Shown here in pieces: positions 40,079 to 48,094 of a DNA stretch of 64,000 nucleotides. A program made the translations under genes and the position numbers. Where the stretch lies: contig JADCJE010000045.1 in the NCBI GenBank assembly GCA_020247305.1, positions 71,251 through 135,250 on the forward strand, written 5' to 3'. The notes under the pieces were generated by a model. It had not been told where the DNA came from, did no database searches, and saw nothing but the letters and a program-made list of their open reading frames with translations. The DNA is from Phycisphaerales bacterium. GTDB taxonomy: Bacteria; Planctomycetota; UBA1135; UBA2386. Numbering within the stretch: the stretch's first letter is position 1; every line of letters begins with the position of its first letter.

Positions 40079-40258
40079 TCAGTCGGGCGTCTTGCGCCGG
40101 CGCAAGCGCGCCGTCAGTGCGACGCCGACGAGTCCCGTGCCGACGAGCAGGAACGTGCTTGGTTCGGGCACCGGATTCGGCGCGCTCTGTGGCATCGCTG
40201 CGGTGACGGCGAGCAGAGGCGATGCGCAGACAAGGGCGAGAGCGAGGAGCAGCCGCAC
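40079..40258 (-). CDS. Minimal PEP-CTERM protein (59 aa; not in the ORF track)
   Basis: Manual translation: MRLLLALALVCASPLLAVTAAMPQSAPNPVPEPSTFLLVGTGLVGVALTARLRRRKTPD; GAGGT Shine-Dalgarno 5 nt before the GTG. Confidence 0.85.
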   Translation of the reverse strand: MRLLLALALVCASPLLAVTAAMPQSAPNPVPEPSTFLLVGTGLVGVALTARLRRRKTPD

Positions 40259-40423
40259 GGATGACCTCAGAGGTGCTGGTCAAGGTTGCAGCTTCGCGCG
40301 CGGAGCGAAGCCGGGAGAGACTCTCGACACTACCTCGACTCGCCGACTCGGCAAGTGCATCTGCGCCGTCCAAACCCCGGATTGCTGCCCGATCTCGCAT
40401 GCGTCACGCCGCAAGTGTCGCGC

Positions 40424-40451
40424 TTGCGCGCGGCGTCGTCGCGCCTACACT
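40424..40451 (+). promoter_or_regulatory. Possible sigma70 promoter of rnpB
   Basis: TTGCGC-N16-TACACT ending 7 nt before the P1 stem of RNase P RNA. Confidence 0.45.
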
Positions 40452-40458
40452 GCTTCGC

Positions 40459-40825
40459 GCTTGGTCTCCGGACGACCGCCGGCGGCTTCGGCCGCGGGAG
40501 GAAAGTCCGGGCTCCCCAGGGCAGGGTGGTGGGTAACGCCCACCGTCCGCAAGGACAGGGAAAGTGCCACAGAGAACAAACCGCCGGACGGTCCGCGCAA
40601 GCGGGCGACGGCAAGGGTGAAACGGCGAGGTAAGAGCTCACCGCGTTCCGGGCGACCGGAACGGCACGGCAAACCCCACCCGGAGGAAGACCGAATAGGA
40701 GGATCGCGCGGCCCGCGCTGTGGTCCTCGGGTAGGTCGTTGGCGGCCGTCCGCAAGGACGGTCCTAGAGAAATGGTCGTCACCGCCGATGAGGCGGCACC
40801 AGAACCCGGCTTACGGAGACCAAGC
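40459..40825 (+). ncRNA. rnpB: RNase P RNA (bacterial type A)
   Basis: GAGGAAAGTCCGGGCTC, AGTGCCACAGA, GGTGAAACGG, GGCAAACCCC, AGAACCCGGCTTA; P1 stem GCTTGGTCTCCG/CGGAGACCAAGC. Confidence 0.97.
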
Positions 40826-40831
40826 ACTTCT

Positions 40832-41281
40832 TCACGGCGCGGCCGGCGGCTGCCGTCGCCGCAGGCCGTCGCGATAGCGCTCGAGGATCACGAGCGCGGC
40901 GACGCTGTCGGCGACCTGCTTGCGGCGGCTTGCCTTGAGGCCGCCCTGCTTCAGGCGTTCGTGCGCCTCGTCCGTCGAATGGCTCTCGTCGACGGCTTCG
41001 ACCGGGATGCGCAACGCCGCCTGCAGGCGCGCGCGGAAGGCCGCCGTGCGCACGGCGCGCTGGCCCGGCGTGCCATCGACCGTCAGCGGCATGCCGAGGA
41101 CCACGACCTGCGTGTCGCGATCGCGGACCATGTCCGCGATCGCCGCCACGACGACGGCGTCGTCGTGCGCGTCGATGCGACCGAGCGGCACCGCGATCGC
41201 GCCGGTCCAGTCGGTGGCGGCGAGGCCCGTGCGGGCGTCGCCGAAGTCGACGGCTAGGATGCGCCGGACCGCCTCGGTCAC
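40832..41281 (-). CDS. ruvX: YqgF/RuvX pre-16S rRNA nuclease
   Basis: ILAVDFGDARTGLA, VVLGMPL, VDESHST, DSVAALVILE. Confidence 0.92.
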   Translation of the reverse strand: MTEAVRRILAVDFGDARTGLAATDWTGAIAVPLGRIDAHDDAVVVAAIADMVRDRDTQVVVLGMPLTVDGTPGQRAVRTAAFRARLQAALRIPVEAVDESHSTDEAHERLKQGGLKASRRKQVADSVAALVILERYRDGLRRRQPPAAP

Positions 41282-42366
41282 AGCAGTCCTTGGCGTCCGC
41301 TGGCGCGCACGTGCTCGACCAGCGCCTTGAGGTCGTGGGCCTTGTCCTTCGGGCAGACCAGCACGGCGTCGTCGACGGCGACCACGACGAGGTCCTCGAC
41401 GCCGAACAACGCGACGGTGCGGGCGCCGTCGGCGTAGACGATGTTGCCGCGGCTCTGCAGCGCGACGAGGTCGGCGCCGTTGGCGGCGACGGCGACGTTG
41501 CCGTCGCCGTCGGCGGGGGCGATCGCGCCGAGCGCCGGGAAGCTGCCGACGTCGTCCCAACGGATCGGCGCGCGCACGACGGCGACCTGCGGCGCCTTCT
41601 CCATCACGGCGTAGTCGATCGAGCGCTTGGGGGCCTGCAGGAACGCGCGCTGCAGCGCCGCCTTCTCCTTCTTGCGCGCCGCGGCCAGCATGGCGTCGGC
41701 GGCGGCGCCGAGCTCCGCGTCGGCCGCGCGCATGGCGCGCAGGATCGCGTCGACGCGCCAGACGAAGATGCCGCTGTTCCAGAGGAAGCCGCCGGCGCGC
41801 AGGAAGCCCTCGGCGGTGGCGCGGTCGGGCTTCTCGCGGAAGCTGCGCACGGCGAAGCCCGGCAGCGAACGTCCTGCGAGCGGCGCCCCGCACTCGACGT
41901 AGCCGTAGCCGGTCGCCGGGAACGTCGGCGCGATGCCGAACGTGACCAGGGTCGCGCCGTCCTGCGCGATGGCAGCGCCTTCCCGCAGCATCGCCTGGAA
42001 GGCGTCGACCGGTGCGATGACGTGGTCGGCTGGCAGCACGATCATCGTCGCCTCCGGATCGACGGCGGCGATCGTCGCCGCCGCCAGCGCGATGCACGGC
42101 GCAGTGTCGCGGGCCTCGGGTTCGAGCACGAGACGGTCCTTGGGCAGGCTCGGCAGCAGCTTGGTGATCGGCTTGCCGAGGCGCTTGCTCGTCGCCACCC
42201 ACACGTGGTCCTGGTCGCACAGGCCGTCGAGGCGGTCGATGGTGGCCACGATCATCGGCTTGCCGCCGACCAGCGGCAGGAACTGCTTGGGGCGCGCAGC
42301 GCGGCTGGCCGGCCAGAAGCGCGTGCCGGAGCCGCCTGCCATCACGACGGCGTGCAGGGAGGTCAT
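41278..42366 (-). CDS. manC: Mannose-1-phosphate guanylyltransferase
   Basis: MAGGSGTRFWPASR...PKQFL, EPEARDTAP, PADH, FREKP, WNSGIF, SIDYAVME, WDDVGS. Confidence 0.93.
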   Translation of the reverse strand: MTSLHAVVMAGGSGTRFWPASRAARPKQFLPLVGGKPMIVATIDRLDGLCDQDHVWVATSKRLGKPITKLLPSLPKDRLVLEPEARDTAPCIALAAATIAAVDPEATMIVLPADHVIAPVDAFQAMLREGAAIAQDGATLVTFGIAPTFPATGYGYVECGAPLAGRSLPGFAVRSFREKPDRATAEGFLRAGGFLWNSGIFVWRVDAILRAMRAADAELGAAADAMLAAARKKEKAALQRAFLQAPKRSIDYAVMEKAPQVAVVRAPIRWDDVGSFPALGAIAPADGDGNVAVAANGADLVALQSRGNIVYADGARTVALFGVEDLVVVAVDDAVLVCPKDKAHDLKALVEHVRASGRQGLL

Positions 42367-42429
42367 CGTCGAAAGTGTCACCGGTGGCCGCCTCCGGTCA
42401 ACGCCTCGCCGCCGCGGCCGCGATTCGCC

Positions 42430-45400
42430 TCACGCGCCGCCGGTTGGGCGCGGGCGACCGACGGGCGGCACCGGCACCACCGCACGCCGCGCCGGTGCGC
42501 CCTCGTTGAGCCACCGGTTCTCGGCGCGCAGGCCGTTCAGGAAGCCGTAGAGGTGGAACGTCACGATGTTCTGCGCAAGGTAGCTGAGCAGCGGCATGAC
42601 GAACGGATCCGCCGAATCGCCCAGGAGCTTCGCCAGCGTCAACTCGACGTCGAGGTAGCCGTCGAACCCGAGTCGACCGCTGCCGCGGGCCGCCAGCACG
42701 TTGGAGCGCACTTCCAGCCGCGAGAACTCCGCGGCGCCGTTGCGGACCTGCCACGCGAGGTCGAGCGCGTCGAAGTAGGGGCGATCCGACGGCGGCAACT
42801 GCGCGTAGATGGCGGTGAACAAGGGCACCACGCCGAGGTCGGCGCGGTCGAGGCGCAGTTCGCCGGCGGCGGTCGCCCCGACGACGTCGTTGCCGGCGAG
42901 GCGGTCGAGGCGGATGCGGCCGGAGGCGGCGCCGCGGTACGGCGGCTGTCGCCAGCCCGTCGCGCTCAGGAAGCCGAGCACGTCGACCTCGGCGAAGGCG
43001 ACGTCGGCTGCGAGCGCGCCGTCGGGCTCGGCCGCGCCCGGCAGCACGTACTGCACCGCCGGTTGCGCCGGGTCGCCGATGCCGAGGCGACCGCCGTGCA
43101 GTCGGCAGGCGAGGCGCGGGATCGCGATGCGCTCGGCGTCGGCCGCGAACGTCGCGTCGATGTCGGTGAAGGGCTGGCCGAAGAGGCGCAGTCCAGCGCC
43201 TGCGAGGCTGCCGCGCAGGCCGCCGCCCGCGTCCGAGACCGTGCTCTCGGCGATCAGGACGTCACCGGTCAGGCCTTCGACGACGATGCTGTCCGCGCCG
43301 GCGCCGAGCGTGATGTCGAGGCCTTGGACGCGCAGCCGGCCGCCGAGCGTCGTTTCGGTCGGCCCGCCGCCAGCTGGCGTGCGGAAGCGCAGTTGCAAGC
43401 CGTCGATGTCGGTGCGGCCGAGCAACTGGCGCTGCAGCACGGCGCGCTGCAGCGGACCGCTGAACAGGTTGGCGAGGCCGTCGTCGACCGGCACGCCGGT
43501 CGCGTCCACCACGAAGGCGATCTCGCTGCGCAGGTCGGGCGCTGGCAGCGTGCGGATGCGGCCATCGCGCACGCGCACCGGCGCGCCGCCGAGGCGCGCC
43601 TGCAGCGCCGCGAATCTCACCTCGCCGCCGTCGACGTCGAGCACGCCGACCATGCCCTCGGCCGGTCGCGGCAGCATCGGCGCGTCCGACCGCACGTCGC
43701 GCAGGGTCACTTCCAGGCGCAGCGGCGCCCGGTCGTCGCCATCGCGCCGATGCCGGCAGACCAGGTCGACGCGGCCGGAGGGCCGCAGTTGCCGCCACGT
43801 GCCGGCGCCCACTGCGCCGAGGTCCTCCAGCGTGGCGCCGAGCTGCGGGTCGAGTTCGAGGCCGCGCACGACGAACGCGAGTTCCTCGGCGCCGCCGTCG
43901 CCCAGCTCGACCGCTCCCAGAAGCGCCAGTTCGGCTGGCGGCGCGTCCCCATGCGCGAGGCGGCCGCGGACGCCATCGAAGACGATCCGCGTGCCGCGCG
44001 CGACGTCGCCGATGTGGACGCTGCCGGCGAGTCCGTTGGCCGCCCACGGGGCCGCGGGCAGCGCGAGGTCGACGTCGCGCAGCGCCAGCGTCGCGTCGTA
44101 CTGCAGCGGCAGCGCCTCCGCGCTCCGCCAGACGCGCACCGCGCCGTCGAGCGCGCCGCGGGCGGCGCTGCGCTGCCACGGCTCGTCGACTTCGGGCGCG
44201 AGCACGGCGACGGCCGCGCGCAGTTCGTCGTCGAGCGCGACATCGACGACGTCCACGTCGGCGTGGAAGCCGCGTTCGCGCCACGCCGGCTCCGCCAAGG
44301 GCAGGAAGCCGCGCATGCGCAGGCGACCGGGGCCGTGCACGCCGGCGAGATCGAAGCCGACGCCATCGGCGCGCGCGCGCACGTCGCCGCGCAGCCTGCC
44401 GAGCAGGTAGGGGAAGCCCTCCCAGCGCATCGCCGCGTCGGCGAGCGCGATGTCGACTGCCCAGCCGCCGGGCAGGACGCTGCGCGGTCGGATCGTCACG
44501 CGCACGTCGGCGCGGCCGTTCGGCGCCAGCTTGTCGTACAGCCGGCCGTCGTCGCGCAGCAGCGCGCCGAGCGCGTTGCGCAGGTCGGGCGTGAAGGCGA
44601 TGCCGGTCGCGGCGACGTCGACCGAGGTGTCCTCGCCGCCGGGCTTGTCGGTCTCCACGCGGCCGGCGACCCGCACGACGCCGCCGCCGGCGCGTTCGGC
44701 GATCGTCGACACGATGTCGTCGAGCAGCAGGACGCGGTCGCGGAGGCGCACGCGGCCGCTGGCGCTCGCCAGCGGCAGCGGGAAGCCCACGCGGCTGCCC
44801 GGCGCGCCGAAGCCCCGGAAGGTGACGCCGACGTCGCGCAGGCGCAGGTCGAGGTCGGTCGCGCCGCCGCGTTCGTGCGGGTTCTCGACGAAGAGGTCCA
44901 CGTCGCCGCGCCCGGCGGTCGGCTCCAGCGCCGCGACGACCTGGCGACCGGCCTCGAACAAGCGCAGGGCCCGCACGACCTCGGCGTCGATGCGCACGTT
45001 CTCGCCGCGCAGCGCGACGTCGAACTTCGGCGCGCCGTCGACGAGGCGGCCCGCCGCCGTCAGCGCCAGCGCGCCGGCCTCGGTGCGCTGGGTGAGCTGC
45101 AGGCGCGCGCTGCCGCCGGCGTCGGTGGTGGCATGGGCTTGGATCGCGGCGTCCGTCACGAGCGCCGGCAGCGACGGCCCCGACGCGCGCACGCCGTCGA
45201 GGTCGGCCGCGAGGCTGGCGCGCAGTTCGCCGCCGGCCGCGCGTTCGCAGCGCAGCCGCAGCGAGCGCACGCGCGCCGCGAAGGCGAGTTCCGGCGGTGC
45301 GATGCCGAGCCGGCGCAGGACGCTCGCCAGCGCCGCGTCGTCACACGCTTCAGGAGCGAGTTCGGCGGTGACGTCGAGCGCGCCGGTCGCGGGGTCGACG

Positions 45401-45984
45401 ACGCCGGCCAGCGCGATGCCGATCGGCGGTTCGGCGAGGCGGCCGCGCAGCTGCACGGCCAGCCCGGGGCCGTCGCGCCGCGGCACGGCGTCGCCGTTGA
45501 GGTCGGTGACGGCGAACGGCTCGCGGTCGGCCTGCAGGCGCACGCGGATCGACGCGTTGCGCACGGCCATCGCCGGCACGTGGGGCGGGCGCGCCGGCCC
45601 AGCGCCCGCTGCCGACGGTCGGCGCAGCAGGCCGTCCGCGCTGGGCCAGTTCGGGCCGACCTCGATGGCGACGCGATCGAGGCGCACGGCCTGCACGCCG
45701 ATCAGGTCGCCGCCCGCGCCGATCCCGGCGTCGGCCTCGACGCGCGCGACATGGACGGACAGGCCCTGTGCGCTGGCGTCGAGGCGCACGTCGGCGATCT
45801 CGACCTTGCCGGCGCCGAGGTCGATCGCGACCGCCGACACCGTGGCTGGCGCGGCGAGCAGGTCCGCAAGGCCGCGGCGCACGAGGCGGGTGGCGGCGTC
45901 GGTGTCGGCGAGCACGGCCCACGTCGCGGCGGCCAGCGCAGCGAACATCACGGCGGTCAACAGCAGGATGCGGCGCCAACTCAT
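42430..45984 (-). CDS. Large AsmA/YhdP/TamB-like beta-strand repeat protein
   Basis: N-terminal TM anchor RRILLLTAVMFAALAAATWAVL; about 1180 aa of alternating hydrophobic beta-strands; C-terminal GSGRLGFDGYLD...FHLYG. Start at 45984 or 45996. Confidence 0.7.
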   Translation of the reverse strand: MSWRRILLLTAVMFAALAAATWAVLADTDAATRLVRRGLADLLAAPATVSAVAIDLGAGKVEIADVRLDASAQGLSVHVARVEADAGIGAGGDLIGVQAVRLDRVAIEVGPNWPSADGLLRRPSAAGAGPARPPHVPAMAVRNASIRVRLQADREPFAVTDLNGDAVPRRDGPGLAVQLRGRLAEPPIGIALAGVVDPATGALDVTAELAPEACDDAALASVLRRLGIAPPELAFAARVRSLRLRCERAAGGELRASLAADLDGVRASGPSLPALVTDAAIQAHATTDAGGSARLQLTQRTEAGALALTAAGRLVDGAPKFDVALRGENVRIDAEVVRALRLFEAGRQVVAALEPTAGRGDVDLFVENPHERGGATDLDLRLRDVGVTFRGFGAPGSRVGFPLPLASASGRVRLRDRVLLLDDIVSTIAERAGGGVVRVAGRVETDKPGGEDTSVDVAATGIAFTPDLRNALGALLRDDGRLYDKLAPNGRADVRVTIRPRSVLPGGWAVDIALADAAMRWEGFPYLLGRLRGDVRARADGVGFDLAGVHGPGRLRMRGFLPLAEPAWRERGFHADVDVVDVALDDELRAAVAVLAPEVDEPWQRSAARGALDGAVRVWRSAEALPLQYDATLALRDVDLALPAAPWAANGLAGSVHIGDVARGTRIVFDGVRGRLAHGDAPPAELALLGAVELGDGGAEELAFVVRGLELDPQLGATLEDLGAVGAGTWRQLRPSGRVDLVCRHRRDGDDRAPLRLEVTLRDVRSDAPMLPRPAEGMVGVLDVDGGEVRFAALQARLGGAPVRVRDGRIRTLPAPDLRSEIAFVVDATGVPVDDGLANLFSGPLQRAVLQRQLLGRTDIDGLQLRFRTPAGGGPTETTLGGRLRVQGLDITLGAGADSIVVEGLTGDVLIAESTVSDAGGGLRGSLAGAGLRLFGQPFTDIDATFAADAERIAIPRLACRLHGGRLGIGDPAQPAVQYVLPGAAEPDGALAADVAFAEVDVLGFLSATGWRQPPYRGAASGRIRLDRLAGNDVVGATAAGELRLDRADLGVVPLFTAIYAQLPPSDRPYFDALDLAWQVRNGAAEFSRLEVRSNVLAARGSGRLGFDGYLDVELTLAKLLGDSADPFVMPLLSYLAQNIVTFHLYGFLNGLRAENRWLNEGAPARRAVVPVPPVGRPRPTGGA

Positions 45985-45997
45985 CGCGGCGCGCATG

Positions 45998-46165
45998 CTA
46001 GGAGTCGGCGTCACGGATGGCCACGCCGCCCGGCGTGCGTCGACGCGTCGGGGAACTCGCCGCCGGGCTTTGGCGAATCCGCCGATTCGCCTGCGGTCTC
46101 CGGCTTCGTCCCAGCTGCGAATCCTCGCACCGGATCGGCGCGCATGCCGCGCCGCAGACTCCTGG
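45998..46165 (-). mobile_element. MITE-like element, family A, copy 2 (inverted orientation)
   Basis: CTAGGAGTCGGCGTCACGG...GCAGACTCCTGG; interior matches the reverse complement of 10873-11056 (GGCCACGCCGCCCG, GGCGAATC..GATTCGCCTGCGGTC, GCACCGGATCGGCGCGC). Confidence 0.78.
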
Positions 46166-46383
46166 CCACCGCTTCGGCGGGGCCCACGGCGAGGCTCGGC
46201 AGCGGTTCGCGGCGCGTGAGCAAGCCGCGAAACCCCTGAAGACGGCCTCGAAACTGCGTTTTCCGCACGATTTGCCGTTGACACGAAGCCCGCAAATCGC
46301 CAAAAGAACCTCGCGTTCGCGGGAGGCGCGGCACTTTCGCTGCGACCGGGCGAACGAGATTCCTTCCGAATCAGGTCACTCCG

Positions 46384-46587
46384 ATGGCGAAGAAGAACAA
46401 CAAGAAGACCGGCACGACCGGCGATCTCATCATCTCGAAGTCGCGCACGAAGGCGGCGGTCAAGAAGTCGAACGTCTCGTCGGACTTCTACGGCGCGCTC
46501 GACTCGACCGTCCGCAAGATGATCACGGCCGCCGAAGTGCGCGCCGAGGCCAACGGCCGCAAGACGCTCCGCCCGCAGGATCTGTGA
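46384..46587 (+). CDS. Bacterial histone-fold protein (short-alpha3, face-to-face/DUF1931-like) with Lys-rich N-terminal tail
   Basis: LIISKSRTK...NVSSDFYGALD...AAEVRAEANGRKTLRPQDL: histone-fold RKTxxxxD motif at the C-terminus; AGGT SD; GC3-rich codons. Confidence 0.85.
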   Translation: MAKKNNKKTGTTGDLIISKSRTKAAVKKSNVSSDFYGALDSTVRKMITAAEVRAEANGRKTLRPQDL

Positions 46588-46647
46588 TCCGGCAGGACCT
46601 GACGCACGCAACCGCCACGCGGTGACGTGCTGATGGCGAAACGACCC

Positions 46648-46684
46648 GGCTGCGCCGCGAGGCGACGCCGGGTCGCGTCGTTTC
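46648..46684 (+). terminator. Hairpin downstream of the histone gene
   Basis: CGACCCGGC/GCCGGGTCG stem with outer GAAACGAC/GTCGTTTC pairing. Confidence 0.5.
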
Positions 46685-46687
46685 CGG

Positions 46688-46721
46688 GGTTGTCTGTCGC
46701 ATGCGGTTGTCTGTCGCATGC
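46688..46721. repeat. 17-bp exact tandem duplication
   Basis: GGTTGTCTGTCGCATGC present twice in direct succession. Confidence 0.85.
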
Positions 46722-46793
46722 GATCGTCGGGGCCGCCCTGGCATCGGCTGCCGCGCCCGCCGCGCCGCGTCCTGTGACGCTGACGTCGAGGAG

Positions 46794-47579
46794 TCAGGCC
46801 GCGCCGTCCAGGTCGTCGGCGACGCCGAGCGCGGCGAAGGCCGCCCGTTCGCCGGCGAGCATCGTCGCCCGCACGTGGTTGCCGAGTTCCTCCAGGCGCT
46901 CGTCGGTCGCGTCGGCGGGGGCATGGATCGGGTCGCCGAACGTGACGACCAGGCGCGCGAACGGCTTGGGGATCACGAAGCGGTCCCAGCTCCGCAGGCG
47001 CCACGCGCGGTCGACGGCGAGCGCGACGGGCACGATCGGCGCGCCGGTCGCGCGCGCCAGCCATGCGACGCCGGCATTCAGCGCGTGGCGCGGCCCGCGC
47101 GGGCCGTCGGGCGTCAACACGATCGGACCGCCGTCCGCCAGTTCCGCCGCGAGTTCGCGCAGGGCGCGGGCGCCGCCGCGCGACAGCGAGCCGCGCACGA
47201 CGCGGTAGCCGAAGCGCCGGAGCGCCTGGCGGGCGAGGTCGCCGTCGTCGCTCGGCGACACGAGCACGGCGATGCCCCGGCCGCGATGGCCGCGCAGCGG
47301 CATCGCCGCGAGCATGCGGCCGTGCCAGAGCGTGAGCAGGGCGGGGGCGCCGCGCTGCAGCAGGTCGCGGCCGGGGCCCGGCGCGACGCGCACGCGCCAC
47401 GTCGCCGCCAGGACGCGCAGGGCCGCAGGGGCGGCGACGGCGAGCAGCGCGGCGCCTGCGGCGCGCCGCCAGCGGCGCCAGCGTGCCAGCCAGGGGACGT
47501 TGCGGCCCGCGCGCTCGCGTTCGGCGGCAGCCCGCCGCTGCTCGTCGCGGCGTTGTCGGCGGCGGTCGCGCGCGTTCAT
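46794..47579 (-). CDS. DUF374 / lysophospholipid acyltransferase-family protein
   Basis: LWHGR, VSPSDDG, VVRGS, TPDGPRGP, SWDRFVIPKPF. Confidence 0.85.
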   Translation of the reverse strand: MNARDRRRQRRDEQRRAAAERERAGRNVPWLARWRRWRRAAGAALLAVAAPAALRVLAATWRVRVAPGPGRDLLQRGAPALLTLWHGRMLAAMPLRGHRGRGIAVLVSPSDDGDLARQALRRFGYRVVRGSLSRGGARALRELAAELADGGPIVLTPDGPRGPRHALNAGVAWLARATGAPIVPVALAVDRAWRLRSWDRFVIPKPFARLVVTFGDPIHAPADATDERLEELGNHVRATMLAGERAAFAALGVADDLDGAA

Positions 47580-47633
47580 GCGACCTCCCGACCGTGGGAT
47601 CGGCCGCGGCGGGGCTGCGCGGTGGCCACCGGT

Positions 47634-47801
47634 CCGTGCGGTTGCCTCATGGAACGCGCGCCGATCCGGTGCGTGGCTTCGCGTCTGGGGCGAAGCCGAC
47701 GACCGGAGGCGAAACGGTGGATTCGCCGAGGATCGGCGGCGAGTCCCCGGTCGCGAAGACGCGCGTCGGGCGGCGTGGCCTTTCGTGGCGCAGGCTCCTA
47801 G
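47634..47801 (+). mobile_element. MITE-like element, family A, copy 3 (left end degenerate)
   Basis: ACGCGCGCCGATCCGGTGCGTGG, GGGGCGAAGCCGACGACCG, GGTGGATTCGCCGAG, GGCGGCGAGTCCCCGG, GGGCGGCGTGGCC shared with copy 1; ends GCAGGCTCCTAG. Confidence 0.78.
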
Positions 47802-48094
47802 CTCCGCGGCGGCGGGCCGGCGTAGGCCTTGCGCGTCGCCTGCTGTTCGTCGCGCAACAGCTTGGCGGCGGCCAGCACGTGCGGGTGCAGGCCAGCGCCG
47901 CCGGTCGTGTCGAAGTGGGCCAGCAGGGCCTGCCGCATGCGCGGGTCCCAGTAGTGGCGCAGGTGGTTGCGCACGCCTTCCTCGCGCTGGCCGTGCGGGT
48001 ACGGCGCGAAGAAGTCGCCGATCTGGTTGGCCATCGCCACCAGCCGCTCGATGGCGATCACCGCGCCGCCGCCGTCGCCGTGTGCGGCGCTCAT
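47798..48094 (-). CDS. fdsD: NAD-dependent formate dehydrogenase delta subunit
   Basis: LVAMANQIGDFF...HLRHYWDPRMR is the FdsD signature. Confidence 0.9.
   Translation of the reverse strand: MSAAHGDGGGAVIAIERLVAMANQIGDFFAPYPHGQREEGVRNHLRHYWDPRMRQALLAHFDTTGGAGLHPHVLAAAKLLRDEQQATRKAYAGPPPRS

Noticed and set aside
40259-40420. Sigma54 promoter upstream of the PEP-CTERM mini-gene
   Set aside because: The candidate CGGCGC...TTGC does not have the required GG-N10-GC spacing.
41290-46239. 1649-aa plus-strand ORF and other very long overlapping ORFs (e.g. 28583..31297, 47272..50514, 60026..63643, most of 52469..56254)
   Set aside because: Antisense or alternate-frame shadows of well-supported genes; long stop-free frames are expected at this GC content, and the translations lack family motifs.
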